A stretch of 64,000 nt of DNA from Nitrosopumilaceae archaeon. Lineage in GTDB: Archaea; Thermoproteota; Nitrososphaeria; Nitrososphaerales; Nitrosopumilaceae. The translations under genes were made by a program, and so were the position numbers. The stretch spans positions 2,784,001 to 2,848,000 of the forward strand of contig CBDCCK010000002.1 of NCBI GenBank assembly GCA_965214835.1, written 5' to 3'. The notes beneath the pieces are model-generated. The model was not told the DNA's origin. It saw only the letters and a program-made list of their open reading frames with translations, and searched no databases. Below are positions 48,236-58,491 of the stretch, piece after piece (position 1 is the first letter of the stretch; every line of letters starts with the position of its first letter).

Positions 48236-48327
48236 GTATGTGGTCACCTGCCCCTATCAATTAGGCATGAATTGGCATGTACAATGTGATTTTCGTGCCT
48301 AGATAGCAAGGGGACGTGACCACGTAC
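48236..48327. mobile_element. MITE family A
   Basis: GTATGTGGTCAC / GTGACCACGTAC; internal sequence is the reverse complement of 21524-21616. Confidence 0.85.
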
Positions 48328-48329
48328 GG

Positions 48330-48990
48330 TGGTATTGGAGAGCACCCTTCTGATCGAGTACCTTGTCAGGGAGTACGGCCTAAATGGGGGCCGCCAGACA
48401 GCTGCGCGATGAGGTGGACGTAACGTTTGTGTTCTGCGGCAGCGGCTAGGACGAGTCGGAAGCCAAGTACACCGAGGAAAACGACCTCTCCAACGTGAGA
48501 TTCTTGGGACTTGTGGGATCCCAGCAGCTGCTAGAGTGCATGAAGAGTAGCGACGTGTGCCTCGGACTGTTCCAGACAAACAGCAAGATGGAGGGATCAC
48601 TGCCCAACAAGGTCAACCAGATCCTGTCATCTGCCAAGCCCCTGATTACGGCAAGCACGTCTGCAGTGCGCGAGAGGACTGGCAGGCAACACCCCTAGGA
48701 GCACAAAACCAACCCCTGATTACGGCAAGCACGTCTGCAGTGCGCGAGAGGACTGGCAGGCAACACCCCTAGGAGCACAAAACCAACCCCTGATTACGGC
48801 AAGCACGTCTGCAGTGCGCGAGGCTGGCCTAGTCGACAAGGAGAACTGCATGCTAGTGCAGTCCGACTCGCTAGGGAGCTGGCCCGGTGCACCTTACAGC
48901 TGAGGGACGACGGCGGCCTTCGGAGGTACGTGGCAATGCAGGAGCAACGACACTATGTAGAAAGACTGTCAGCTGATCGGTCGGGCAGGC
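48330..48990 (+). pseudogene. GT4-type glycosyltransferase remnant
   Basis: NVRFLGLV...SSDVCLGLF...LPNKVNQILSSAKPLITAS...DKENCMLV; stops and frameshifts. Confidence 0.75.
48639..48822. repeat. Three 36-bp repeats separated by two identical 38-bp inserts
   Basis: CCCCTGATTACGGCAAGCACGTCTGCAGTGCGCGAG at 48639, 48713 and 48787. Confidence 0.95.
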
Positions 48991-49129
48991 AGCTGGGCAG
49001 ATACATGTAGGACGTGTGCAAGGATGGGCGTTCGAGCTGTCCGACAGGCGGCGTCCATGCGCAGCACACCCCCGATCCAGAGATGCCCCCCACCCAAGAT
49101 CACCCTGACTGACCAGAGCCAAGACGGAA

Positions 49130-49221
49130 CTACGAGATCATCACCCTCTAGTTATTCAAGCATGAATTCGCATGTGACTGTGATCTCCATGCTTGGCTGG
49201 CAAGGGGATGTGGCCTCATAC
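49130..49221. mobile_element. Degenerate MITE family A
   Basis: TACGAGATCA...GCATGAATTCGCATGT...GGGGATGTGGCCTCATAC. Confidence 0.6.
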
Positions 49222-49304
49222 GCGGAACTTGATCTAGCCGTCCCCCTCGTAACGCCTCCACAAGAACCTGCAAGGGCCATCATGGTTCCGTCCCGCCGGC
49301 TATG

Positions 49305-50080
49305 TCACTTTTTGATTTCCCCAAGGATCGCAGCAAGCCTGTCTGCGGCCACGCTGCTGTCACAGTTGTCCTGCACGAACCTGCGTCCCTGCCTTCCCAT
49401 GTCCCGGGCCCTTTCTGCATCGCCCAGCAGCAGCGTGATCTTCTCTATCCACCCCCTATAGTCCCCCAAACATACCAAGAGCCCCGTCATTCCGTCCCGC
49501 ATCGTCTCTGAGACGCCGCTAGCATCCGTTGCAATGGCAGGCTTTTCCATGGACATGGCCTGCTTGAGCGAGTATGGCCACATGTCAATGCCGCTTACCA
49601 GGCTGTAGACGTCGATCGAGGAGAGGTACTCCATGATCCTATCGGTCCCTCCAGCGGCTCCAGTATCCTGTCGCGGTAGCGCCCGTCGCCGGCTCAGTAA
49701 AATGATACGTGTGGGAGCGCCTCGACTGCCTTGGGCAGGATGAGCATCTCCCTTGTCTTGGGCCAGCAGCCAGCGCTCTAGCAGGCCCACGCACGGATGC
49801 CTCAGCTCCATGGCACCCCCGGGATCCCTCGCTCTTCCAGTTGTCCGCGTCTATGCTCGAATGCAGGAACGTTACTGTGTTGTTTTTTGGATAGTGCTTC
49901 CTTATGGTGCCCGCTATGAAGCCTGTCTCGGCAGGCAACAGTTCGGGCTTTGGAAGCGGCTTGCGATTTTAGGTGCAGATTACATCTGCAAAGATCCCCG
50001 GCGGCAAAGCTCACGCCCGGACTTCGAGTCCGAGCTGTTACCCATACATACCTAGCTGGCCGAAGGCAGGCGGCCATGCG
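49305..50080 (-). pseudogene. GT4-type glycosyltransferase remnant
   Basis: YLSSIDVYSLVSG...SLKQAMSMEKPAIATDASGVSETMRDGMTGLLV; upstream part fragmented. Confidence 0.75.
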
Positions 50081-50121
50081 CTTTGCCCTGCAGGCTCTGT
50101 CGGCCCGGTATCCATGCCGGA

Positions 50122-53100
50122 CTAGTCCGATACGTGGTATGTCATGGACATCATCCTGTCTATGATCTCCTGCGCCCTGAGCCGCTCGGCCTGCAGGGCG
50201 TCGGCCAGCTGCTCAAGCCGCACGTCCCCGGGCTGTATGTCAGGATACTCGTATGCAAACACGGATCCGGGCTCCGGTACAAGCTGCGCCGCATCAAAGA
50301 CCAGCACGGCCCGGTCATGCTCGGCCTGCACGAGCGTCGCAAAGTTGGAGTTCATCCTGTTCATCACCTTCCATGCGTCGTCCTGGTGGCGCTCAAAGGC
50401 ATCGGGAACCGTCCTGTACCAGGTGCCGTGCGAGTTGCGGGCCCACTCGTTGCCCCACTGGTCTGCCCACAGGTCTGCCAGCTTGTCGGTGCGCTCCAGC
50501 TGTATTACGGCCGCCTCGTGCTGCTGTCCGCGCTTGTATATCCCCGCCGTATCCAGCGGGGCAGGATTCATCGAGTCGCCCTGTACAAGCAGGCCGTCGT
50601 TCATGTAGTTCTGCGCGCTCCAGCGCTGTACGTCCATCACATATATGACAAAGGGCTCGTGGTACATCTGCTCCCTGAACAGCAGTCCCCCGATTGAGAG
50701 CTCGACGCACTTTGTAGGATCGGCGGGGGACATGCACCCGACAAGTTCCACGCCGAGGACTGCCTCTCCTATGACGTCGTTTGGATCCGTGTATGCGGCA
50801 TCCAGTATCTCATATGTAGAGTCTGCAGAATAGTCGCGCCCGAGCTCGACGGTCAGGACGGCCTCTGATGCGCCCATCGGCGAGCCGACCTCGGGCACCC
50901 CAAAGCCTATCTGGAACTGCTGTACCCCGGCTACGGAGTGCGCCCTCAGCGTAAAGTCGTGCTTGGTATTGGTCTGTATTGATTCGCGCCTGTAATCGAC
51001 GTGATAGTCAAGCACGTCGCGGCACGTGCCGTCCATCGAGTATCCGCAGGCCACCACCTGGCTGCCCGTCTGCGGGGATATGCCAAAGGTCGGGGCCGTC
51101 TGCCACTCGTCGTCGTTGCCGCCGCCCCTTGAGTCAGGGATGAATCCGTCATCCCATACGCCCAGGCGCGTCCAGCCCGAGCCGTCTATCCCCCATACGG
51201 CATATATGGACCTGTCCAGGTCTCCTGCCGCGTTGAGATTGATGTCGCCTATGGCCCCCTCATGCCCTGATGCGGCCTGCGGAATGGCATCCTTTATTTC
51301 AGCAAACCCCGCATCCCATCCGGCCCGCTCAAGTGCCAGGCCCAGGACCCGTATGGTATCGTACGTGCTGTATGTGTACACGGCAGGCGTGGTGGTGCCA
51401 AACTCGTCGTCTATCCTGTCCGTCAGCGACTCGTACAGGTCGCTGCCCGAATCCTCTGCAAAGGCGGATGCCTGGAATTCTGCGCCTGCCAGGAACCCGC
51501 GTATCCTCGGATCGCCTGCTAGGTTCCCGTCAAGGACGGATGCATCAGAGCCCATCCACCGCACGGTGCCCAGTGCCGGATAGTCTGCTGCCCTGTCCAC
51601 GAACCGGAACGTCTCGTCCTGCCCTATGAACAGGACAGACACCCTGTCGGCGCCCACGTCCTCGGTGTGCCCGGAGACGGCCGTGTTGAGGCGCTGGGCT
51701 AGGCCTGCAAACGTGCCGTTCAGGTTTGCGTCATCCGGATCATAGCTGCCCACGGTCTCATCGACCGTTCCCCCGAGCGCCTCAAACCCGGCCACAGCCG
51801 AGTTCTTGATGCCCTCGCCCCAGATGTCACCGCGCCATACCACCACCACGACGTCCTTTTCGTACTCTTCCCGCAGCAGGTCGGCAATCACGGGTCCCTG
51901 CTGCGAGTCGTCAGGTGCCATCCTGAAGACGTTATCACCCGCAATTGCAAGCGAGGGCGCCGTCGAGCAGCAGCTGAAAAGTATCATGTCGTTGGAATCC
52001 GCATAGTTCCTTACGGCATCCAGCTCGGAGCTGCGGACGGGTCCGGAGACCAGCGTGACGTTGGCAGTGTCAAGCGACCGGATCGCGGCGTCCGCGCCGG
52101 CAGCCTCCGTATCCCTGATCTCCAGGACGGCGCGCCAGACTGCATCGGTGCTGGCAAGGTGTGCATTGAGGTCGGCTATGGCCTGCTCTGCTGCAAAGGT
52201 GTGGTGTGCTCCCAGCTGGCCGCCTAGGCCCCCGGTCTGCGGAATCATGGCGCCTATCGCTATCATCTCTACGGGAATCACCACGGTTCTGGTGGCAGTG
52301 GCCGTGTTGCCGGCAGCATCGGTTGCCGTGTAGATTACCGCATAGGTTCCGAGCCTGTCCGTATCCACCGTGGTGGCATCGGTAGATATGGACTCTGTGT
52401 ATGCTGGATCGTTGTCAGTGGAGCTGGCACCCGCGTCTGTGTATGTCGAGCCCAGCGGTATGGTGACCGGATCCTCGCCTGATATCGTGATGACAGGTGG
52501 CGTGGTGTCGCGCACCACCACGGTCCTGCTGGCAGTAAGGGGGTTGCCATCGGTGCTGGTTGCCGTATAGTTTACGATATAGTCGCCTGTCAGATTTGCA
52601 TCCACCGCAGAGGCGTCGGTGACGACCGGCGAGCCGTCGGTTACCGTGGCTCCCGGATCTGTATACGGGGTGCCAAGCTCGTGGTACAGCGGATTGGATC
52701 CGTTGAGCATGATTATGGCCTCGGCGGATACCGTTATCTCAAAGGTTTGTGAGTCGGTGCCGCCGCGGCCGTCATCTACCGTTATTGTAACCTCGTGGGT
52801 CAATCCATCGACCGAAGTTGGCGTCCAGGTAAGGATGCCGTCGGATGTGGAAAACACGGCAGCTGCCGGCAGCGTGCCGCGCGATATAGAGTACGTGTGT
52901 GTGTCGGTGGGATCGGCGTCGGTTACCATAGGCGTTACTGTCAGCTGGACTCCCACCACCGTAGTCCGGCTGCCTATGGTTTCCAGCACGGGGTCGTTGT
53001 TGTCGCGCGTTATGGTTATCGTTATGGTACCCTGCGCCGTGTCGATGCCGTCAGATACCGTATATCCGAACGTGTCGGTGCCCGTATAGTCCTGGTCGGG

Positions 53101-56100
53101 CGTGTACGTTATCGTAGTACCGTCATGGGTGGCAGTCCCGTTGGGCGGATTCTCCACTGCCGATATCCTCGGGACATCTATTGTATCAGGATCCGATATG
53201 GCAGGCGTTATGGTTACCTGCACATCCTCTGTGGTGGTGGCCGTCGCGTCCGGCGCCACCGGCGCGTTGTTGGGAATCAGATCTGCACCCTCTACAAGCT
53301 TTGCCATCTGGAGTCCCTCCGTGTCAGAGACCACCGCGGCGTACGTGTCCCTGCCGATCATAAACAGGTCCAGATCCCGTGCATTTTCAAGTGAGTACTG
53401 CGGGCCGTCCTCCAGGGATCCGGCCTCCGACGGATTATCAGGATCGGTGACATCCACAATCTGAAGGCCGTCGTCGGACTGGGATGTCATGGCCGCATAG
53501 ACGGCCTGGCCCACCCTGAATATCTCCACGCCGCTGGCCCCGTCAAGCTGCAGCTCGCCGCCGTCTGCAAGCTTGCCGGCAGCTGCCGGATTTTGCGGAT
53601 CGGTGACATCCACAATCTGAAGGCCGTCGTCATGAAATGATGCGGCCGCCACATATGTGGAGCCGCCCTCCTCGAAGACTGCCAGGGCGCGGGTTCCGTT
53701 GAGCAGCAGGTCGCTGTCGTCTTCCAGCTGTCCTGCGGCTGCCGGGCTGGCCGGGTTGGTTATGTCTATAATCTGGAGGCCGGGCTCACCCCAGGAGGCC
53801 ACGACGGCATACGTGGAGCCTCCCGTCTCGAAGATGTCCACGGCGCTGGTATCTACAAGCAGCCGGTTGCTGTCGTCTTCCAGCTTGCCGGCAGCTGCCG
53901 GGCTGGCCGGGTTGGTTATGTCTATAATCTGGAGGCCGTCGTCGTTCTGGGTGGTGACGGCAGCATAGATGTTCGGGCCTATCCTGAAGGTGGTTACTGC
54001 ATTGACGCCGTCAAGAAGCAGGTTGCCGCCGTCTTCCACCTCTCCGACAGAGGCCGGGCTGGCCGGATTGGTGACGTCGACTATCTCGACGCCGTCGTCG
54101 TCATTGGAGGCCACGACGGCGTAGGTCTTGCCGCCTGTCGCAAACACATCCACTGCGCGGGCTCCATCAAGCTCCCTAGTGGTATTATCTGCCAGACTGC
54201 CAACGGCGGTAAGACTGGCAGGATTGGTGACGTCTACAATCTGGATGCCGTCCTCGCCACCGGAGGCGACCACCGCATACGTGGAGCCGCCTATCTCAAA
54301 GGTGTCCACGCCGCGAGACCGATCAAGTAAAAGCTGCGCGCTGTCGGGCAGGCTTCCAGAGTAAAGCGGGCTGTCCGGACTGGCCGTCGTGATCGGGTTG
54401 TCAGCTGCCGCAGATATCCGGTTTCCAAGCAGATCAGATATGGCGCCCGCTGCAATGTCAAGCTGCGGGGTACGCATCTGGCCTACGTCGTCTATCTGGG
54501 ACTGGGTAAGCGTGAGCGATATCGTATCAGAGTCCGGTACCGTGTCATCGAATGTCGCCCCAGTCAGGGCCACCTCGTTTGTTTCGCCCGTGTCGCTGAC
54601 ATACACCTTGGACAGGTCTGTATCTGAGACATCTATGGCTTCGCTAAAGGTTACAGCCATGAGGCCCGTGCGCACGTCAAGGGTTGCCGATGCAAACTCG
54701 GGCATTATTGTGTCAGTCTCGCCAAGCTTTGCCACCTGGAGGCCCTCCGCCTCTGTTACCACAGCAGCGTAGGTGTCCCCGCTGCTCGTAAACAGTGCCA
54801 GATCCCGGGCATTTCTAAGGGAGTACTGCGGGCCGTCCTCCAGGGATCCGGCAGCTGTAGGGCTGTCGGGATCGGTGAGATCCACAATCTGGAGGCCGCC
54901 GTCGGACTGGGATGTCATGGCCGCATAGGCGGTTCCGTCCACCCTGAATATCTCCACGCCGCTGGCCCCGTCAAGCTGCAGCTCGCCGCCGTCTGCAAGC
55001 TTGCCGGCAGCTGCCGGATTTTGCGGATCGGTGACATCCACAATCTGGAGGCCGTCGTCATGAAATGATGCGGCCGCCACATATGTGGAGCCGCCCTCCT
55101 CAAAGACTGCCAGGGCGCGGGTTCCGTTGAGCAGCAGGTCGCTGTCGTCTTCCAGCTGTCCTGCGGCTGCCGGGCTGGCCGGGTTGGTTATGTCTATAAT
55201 CTGGAGGCCGGGCTCACCCCAGGAGGCCACGACGGCATACGTGGAGCCTCCCGTCTCGAAGATGTCCACGGCGCTGGTATCTACAAGCAGCCGGTCGCTG
55301 TCGTCTTCCAGCTTGCCGGCAGCTGCCGGGCTGGCCGGATTGGTTATGTCTATAATCTGGAGGCCGTCGTCGTTCTGGGTGGTGACGGCAACATAGATGT
55401 TCGGGCCTATCCTGAAGGTGGTTACTGCATTGGCGCCGTCAAGAAGCAGGTTGCCGTCGTCTTCCACCTCTCCGACAGAGGCCGGGCTGGCCGGATTGGT
55501 GACGTCGACTATCTCGACGCCATCGTCTCCAACGGAGGCCACGACGGCGTAGGTCTTGCCGCCTGTCGCAAACACATCCACTGCGCGGGCTCCATCAAGC
55601 TCCCTAGTGGTATTATCTGCCAGACTGCCAACGGCGGTAAGACTGGCAGGATTGGTGACGTCTACAATCTGGATGCCGTCCTCGCCACCGGAGGCGACCA
55701 CCGCATACGTGGAGCCGCCTATCTCAAAGGTGTCCACGCCGCGAGACCGATCAAGTAAAAGCTGCGCGCTGTCGGGCAGGCTTCCAGAGTAAAGCGGGCT
55801 GTCCGGACTGGCCGTCGTGATCGGGTTGTCAGCTGCCGCAGATATCCGGTTTCCAAGCAGATCAGATACGGCGCCCGCTGCAATGTCAAGCTGCGGGGCA
55901 TTCATCTGGTTTGCATCGTCCAGCTGGGAGGGGGTAAGCATGAATGATATCGTATCAGAGTCCGGTACCGTGTCATCGAATGTCGCCCCAGTCAGGGCCA
56001 CCTCGTTTGTTTCGCCCGCGTCGCTGACATACACCTTAGACAGGTCTGTATCTGAGACATCTATGGTCTCGCTGAAGGTTATAGTCATGAGGCCCGTGTT

Positions 56101-58491
56101 CTCGTCAAGGGTTGCCGATGCAAACTCGGGCATTATTGTGTCAGTCTCGCCAAGATTTACCATCTGGAGGCCCTCCACGTTTGTTACCACCACGGCGTAC
56201 GTGTCCCCGTCGATCGTTGACAGGGCCAGATCCCGGGCATTTCTAAGGGAGTGCTGCGAGTCGTCCTCCAGGAATCCGGCAGCTGCGGGTTTGTCAGGAT
56301 CGGTGACATCCACAATCTGGAGGCCGTCGTCGGACTGGGATGTCATAATTGCATAGACGGCCTTGTCCGCCCTGAATATCTCCACGCCGCTGGCCCCGTC
56401 AAGCTGCAGCTCGCCGCCGTCTGCAAGCTTGCCGGCAGCTGCCGGATTTTGCGGATCGGTGACATCCACAATCTGAAGGCCGTCGTCATGAAATGATGCG
56501 GCCGCCACATATGTGGAGCCGCCCTCCTCGAAGACTGCCAGGGCGCGGATTCCGTTGAGCAGCAGGTCGCTGTCGTCTTCCAGCTGTCCTGCGGCTGCCG
56601 GGCTGGCCGGGTTGGTTATGTCTATAATCTGGAGGCCGGGCTCACCCCAGGAGGCCACGACGGCATACGTGGAGCCTCCCGTCTCGAAGATGTCCACGGC
56701 GCTGGTATCTACAAGCAGCCGGTTGCTGTCGTCTTCCAGCTTGCCGGCAGCTGCCGGGCTGGCCGGATTGGTTATGTCTATAATCTGGAGGCCGTCGTCG
56801 TTCTGGGTGGTGACGGCAACATAGATGTTCGGGCCTATCCTGAAGGTGGTTACTGCATTGGCGCCGCCAAGAAGCAGGTTGCCGTCGTCTTCCACCTCTC
56901 CGACAGAGGCCGGGCTGGCCGGATTGGTGACGTCGACTATCTCGACGCCATCGTCTCCAACGGAGGCCACGACGGCGTAGGTCTTGCCGCCTGTCGCAAA
57001 CACATCCACTGCGCGGGCTCCATCAAGCTCCCTAGTGGTATTATCTGCCAGACTGCCAACGGCGGTAAGACTGGCAGGATTGGTGACGTCTACAATCTGG
57101 ATGCCGTCCTCGCCACCGGAGGCGACCACCGCATACGTGGAGCCGCCTATCTCAAAGGTGTCCACGCCGCGAGACCGATCAAGTAAAAGCTGCGTGCTGT
57201 CGGGCAGGCTTCCGTAGAAGATCGGGTTGTCCGGGCTGATCGGGATCTGGCTGATCTCCGCTAGCTGGAAGCCGCTGTCACCCCAAGCGGCGACTGCGGC
57301 GTAGGTCTTGTCGTCTATTGTGAAGACGTTCACGCCTCTAGCGCCACGAAGCTCCCTAGAACCCCCATCACCCAGATGCCCTGCGGCGGTTGGAGTGGCA
57401 GGATCGGTGATGTCTATAATCTGGAGGCCGTGGTCGATATTAGAGGCTATTGCTGCATAGGTTCTGCTGTCTAATGTGAATATGTCCACGCCATAGGCAC
57501 CGTCAAGCAACAGCTCGTTACCTCCATCAGCATCTTTCAAATTGCCTACGGCAGTGGGACGGGCTGGGTTGGAGACATCCACAATCTGGAGGCTGTCACC
57601 ATTCTCGGAGACAACTACGGCGTAGGTTGTGCTATCCATCGTGAAGACTGTCACATCTTGGGCGTTTGTAAGCAATACGTTAGTACCATCATGTCTCAGA
57701 TTACCGGCCGCTTGCGGATCGGTAGGATCGGAGACGTTGACTAGCTGGATGCCGGCGTCACTAAAGGAGGTCACTACGGCGTAGGTGTTTGTTCCTATCG
57801 TGAAGACATCCACGCTATAGGGGGCATCAAACAGCAAGGAGCCGGTATTCCCCAGACGCCCGGCAGCTGCCGGGCTGGCAGGGTTGGTGACGTCTATAAT
57901 TTGGAGGCCGTCATCGACGGAGGAGACCACTGCAGCGTAGGTGTTTGTTCCTATCGTGAAGGTATCCACGCTTCTGGCGCCATCAAGTAGCAGTGTGTTA
58001 CCTTCATCGGCATCTTTCAAATTGCCTACGGCAGTGGGACGGGCTGGGTTGGTGACATCTACGATCTGGAGGGCGTCTTCCTCTAAGGCGACGACTGCGG
58101 CGTAGGTGTTTGTTCCTATCGTGAAGATAGCCACATCAAAGGCGCCATCAAGCGCCCTAGTACCCCCCTCTCTCAGATTTCCCACAGGAGTAGGACTGGC
58201 AGGATCAGTGACATTTACAATCTGGAGGGCATCACTAAAGTAGGACGCTACTGCGGCGTAGGTGTTTGTTCCTATCGTGAAGGTATCCACGTTGCGGGCG
58301 CCTTCAAATTCCCGAGAACTGCCATCAGTCAGCATCCCGGTGGGAGTTACCTCGACCGGGAATTGGATCTGCTGTGCATATGCATCCTGCAGACCGCCGG
58401 CGGCTACAAGACCTAAGACGGCCGCAATTAACACCAAGCACATAGAGGCAGTATCTACACGGGCCCGACGGGACGGGTGCGGCCATGTCAA
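50122..58491 (-). CDS. Giant secreted protein (LVIVD-like propellers, cadherin/Ig-like domains, branched-chain amino acid-binding-protein-like domain)
   Basis: Signal-like LVLIAAVLGLVAAG; many GLQIVDVTNP repeats; IGAMIPQTG...STAPSLA...NVFRMAPDD...GDINLNAAGD. Confidence 0.88.
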   Translation of the reverse strand: MTWPHPSRRARVDTASMCLVLIAAVLGLVAAGGLQDAYAQQIQFPVEVTPTGMLTDGSSREFEGARNVDTFTIGTNTYAAVASYFSDALQIVNVTDPASPTPVGNLREGGTRALDGAFDVAIFTIGTNTYAAVVALEEDALQIVDVTNPARPTAVGNLKDADEGNTLLLDGARSVDTFTIGTNTYAAVVSSVDDGLQIIDVTNPASPAAAGRLGNTGSLLFDAPYSVDVFTIGTNTYAVVTSFSDAGIQLVNVSDPTDPQAAGNLRHDGTNVLLTNAQDVTVFTMDSTTYAVVVSENGDSLQIVDVSNPARPTAVGNLKDADGGNELLLDGAYGVDIFTLDSRTYAAIASNIDHGLQIIDITDPATPTAAGHLGDGGSRELRGARGVNVFTIDDKTYAAVAAWGDSGFQLAEISQIPISPDNPIFYGSLPDSTQLLLDRSRGVDTFEIGGSTYAVVASGGEDGIQIVDVTNPASLTAVGSLADNTTRELDGARAVDVFATGGKTYAVVASVGDDGVEIVDVTNPASPASVGEVEDDGNLLLGGANAVTTFRIGPNIYVAVTTQNDDGLQIIDITNPASPAAAGKLEDDSNRLLVDTSAVDIFETGGSTYAVVASWGEPGLQIIDITNPASPAAAGQLEDDSDLLLNGIRALAVFEEGGSTYVAAASFHDDGLQIVDVTDPQNPAAAGKLADGGELQLDGASGVEIFRADKAVYAIMTSQSDDGLQIVDVTDPDKPAAAGFLEDDSQHSLRNARDLALSTIDGDTYAVVVTNVEGLQMVNLGETDTIMPEFASATLDENTGLMTITFSETIDVSDTDLSKVYVSDAGETNEVALTGATFDDTVPDSDTISFMLTPSQLDDANQMNAPQLDIAAGAVSDLLGNRISAAADNPITTASPDSPLYSGSLPDSAQLLLDRSRGVDTFEIGGSTYAVVASGGEDGIQIVDVTNPASLTAVGSLADNTTRELDGARAVDVFATGGKTYAVVASVGDDGVEIVDVTNPASPASVGEVEDDGNLLLDGANAVTTFRIGPNIYVAVTTQNDDGLQIIDITNPASPAAAGKLEDDSDRLLVDTSAVDIFETGGSTYAVVASWGEPGLQIIDITNPASPAAAGQLEDDSDLLLNGTRALAVFEEGGSTYVAAASFHDDGLQIVDVTDPQNPAAAGKLADGGELQLDGASGVEIFRVDGTAYAAMTSQSDGGLQIVDLTDPDSPTAAGSLEDGPQYSLRNARDLALFTSSGDTYAAVVTEAEGLQVAKLGETDTIMPEFASATLDVRTGLMAVTFSEAIDVSDTDLSKVYVSDTGETNEVALTGATFDDTVPDSDTISLTLTQSQIDDVGQMRTPQLDIAAGAISDLLGNRISAAADNPITTASPDSPLYSGSLPDSAQLLLDRSRGVDTFEIGGSTYAVVASGGEDGIQIVDVTNPASLTAVGSLADNTTRELDGARAVDVFATGGKTYAVVASNDDDGVEIVDVTNPASPASVGEVEDGGNLLLDGVNAVTTFRIGPNIYAAVTTQNDDGLQIIDITNPASPAAAGKLEDDSNRLLVDTSAVDIFETGGSTYAVVASWGEPGLQIIDITNPASPAAAGQLEDDSDLLLNGTRALAVFEEGGSTYVAAASFHDDGLQIVDVTDPQNPAAAGKLADGGELQLDGASGVEIFRVGQAVYAAMTSQSDDGLQIVDVTDPDNPSEAGSLEDGPQYSLENARDLDLFMIGRDTYAAVVSDTEGLQMAKLVEGADLIPNNAPVAPDATATTTEDVQVTITPAISDPDTIDVPRISAVENPPNGTATHDGTTITYTPDQDYTGTDTFGYTVSDGIDTAQGTITITITRDNNDPVLETIGSRTTVVGVQLTVTPMVTDADPTDTHTYSISRGTLPAAAVFSTSDGILTWTPTSVDGLTHEVTITVDDGRGGTDSQTFEITVSAEAIIMLNGSNPLYHELGTPYTDPGATVTDGSPVVTDASAVDANLTGDYIVNYTATSTDGNPLTASRTVVVRDTTPPVITISGEDPVTIPLGSTYTDAGASSTDNDPAYTESISTDATTVDTDRLGTYAVIYTATDAAGNTATATRTVVIPVEMIAIGAMIPQTGGLGGQLGAHHTFAAEQAIADLNAHLASTDAVWRAVLEIRDTEAAGADAAIRSLDTANVTLVSGPVRSSELDAVRNYADSNDMILFSCCSTAPSLAIAGDNVFRMAPDDSQQGPVIADLLREEYEKDVVVVVWRGDIWGEGIKNSAVAGFEALGGTVDETVGSYDPDDANLNGTFAGLAQRLNTAVSGHTEDVGADRVSVLFIGQDETFRFVDRAADYPALGTVRWMGSDASVLDGNLAGDPRIRGFLAGAEFQASAFAEDSGSDLYESLTDRIDDEFGTTTPAVYTYSTYDTIRVLGLALERAGWDAGFAEIKDAIPQAASGHEGAIGDINLNAAGDLDRSIYAVWGIDGSGWTRLGVWDDGFIPDSRGGGNDDEWQTAPTFGISPQTGSQVVACGYSMDGTCRDVLDYHVDYRRESIQTNTKHDFTLRAHSVAGVQQFQIGFGVPEVGSPMGASEAVLTVELGRDYSADSTYEILDAAYTDPNDVIGEAVLGVELVGCMSPADPTKCVELSIGGLLFREQMYHEPFVIYVMDVQRWSAQNYMNDGLLVQGDSMNPAPLDTAGIYKRGQQHEAAVIQLERTDKLADLWADQWGNEWARNSHGTWYRTVPDAFERHQDDAWKVMNRMNSNFATLVQAEHDRAVLVFDAAQLVPEPGSVFAYEYPDIQPGDVRLEQLADALQAERLRAQEIIDRMMSMTYHVSD
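53390..57213 (-). repeat. 1428-bp near-identical tandem triplication within the giant gene
   Basis: Identical shadow ORFs at 54128, 55556 and 56984 give a period of 1428. Confidence 0.9.

Noticed and set aside
48681-48700. Similarity of insert 4 (GGCAGGCAACACCCCTAGG) to about 39559 (GGCAGGATAACCCCTAGG)
   Set aside because: Short and gapped; insufficient as a protospacer match
9872-48822. Calling the repeat-insert-repeat units bona fide CRISPR arrays
   Set aside because: Repeats differ at each site, two are native coding sequence, and there is no leader or cas gene here; reported as repeats with an ectopic-integration hypothesis instead
31207-58491. Diversity-generating retroelement acting on the surface proteins
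   Set aside because: No reverse transcriptase and no adenine-specific TR/VR mismatch pattern seen
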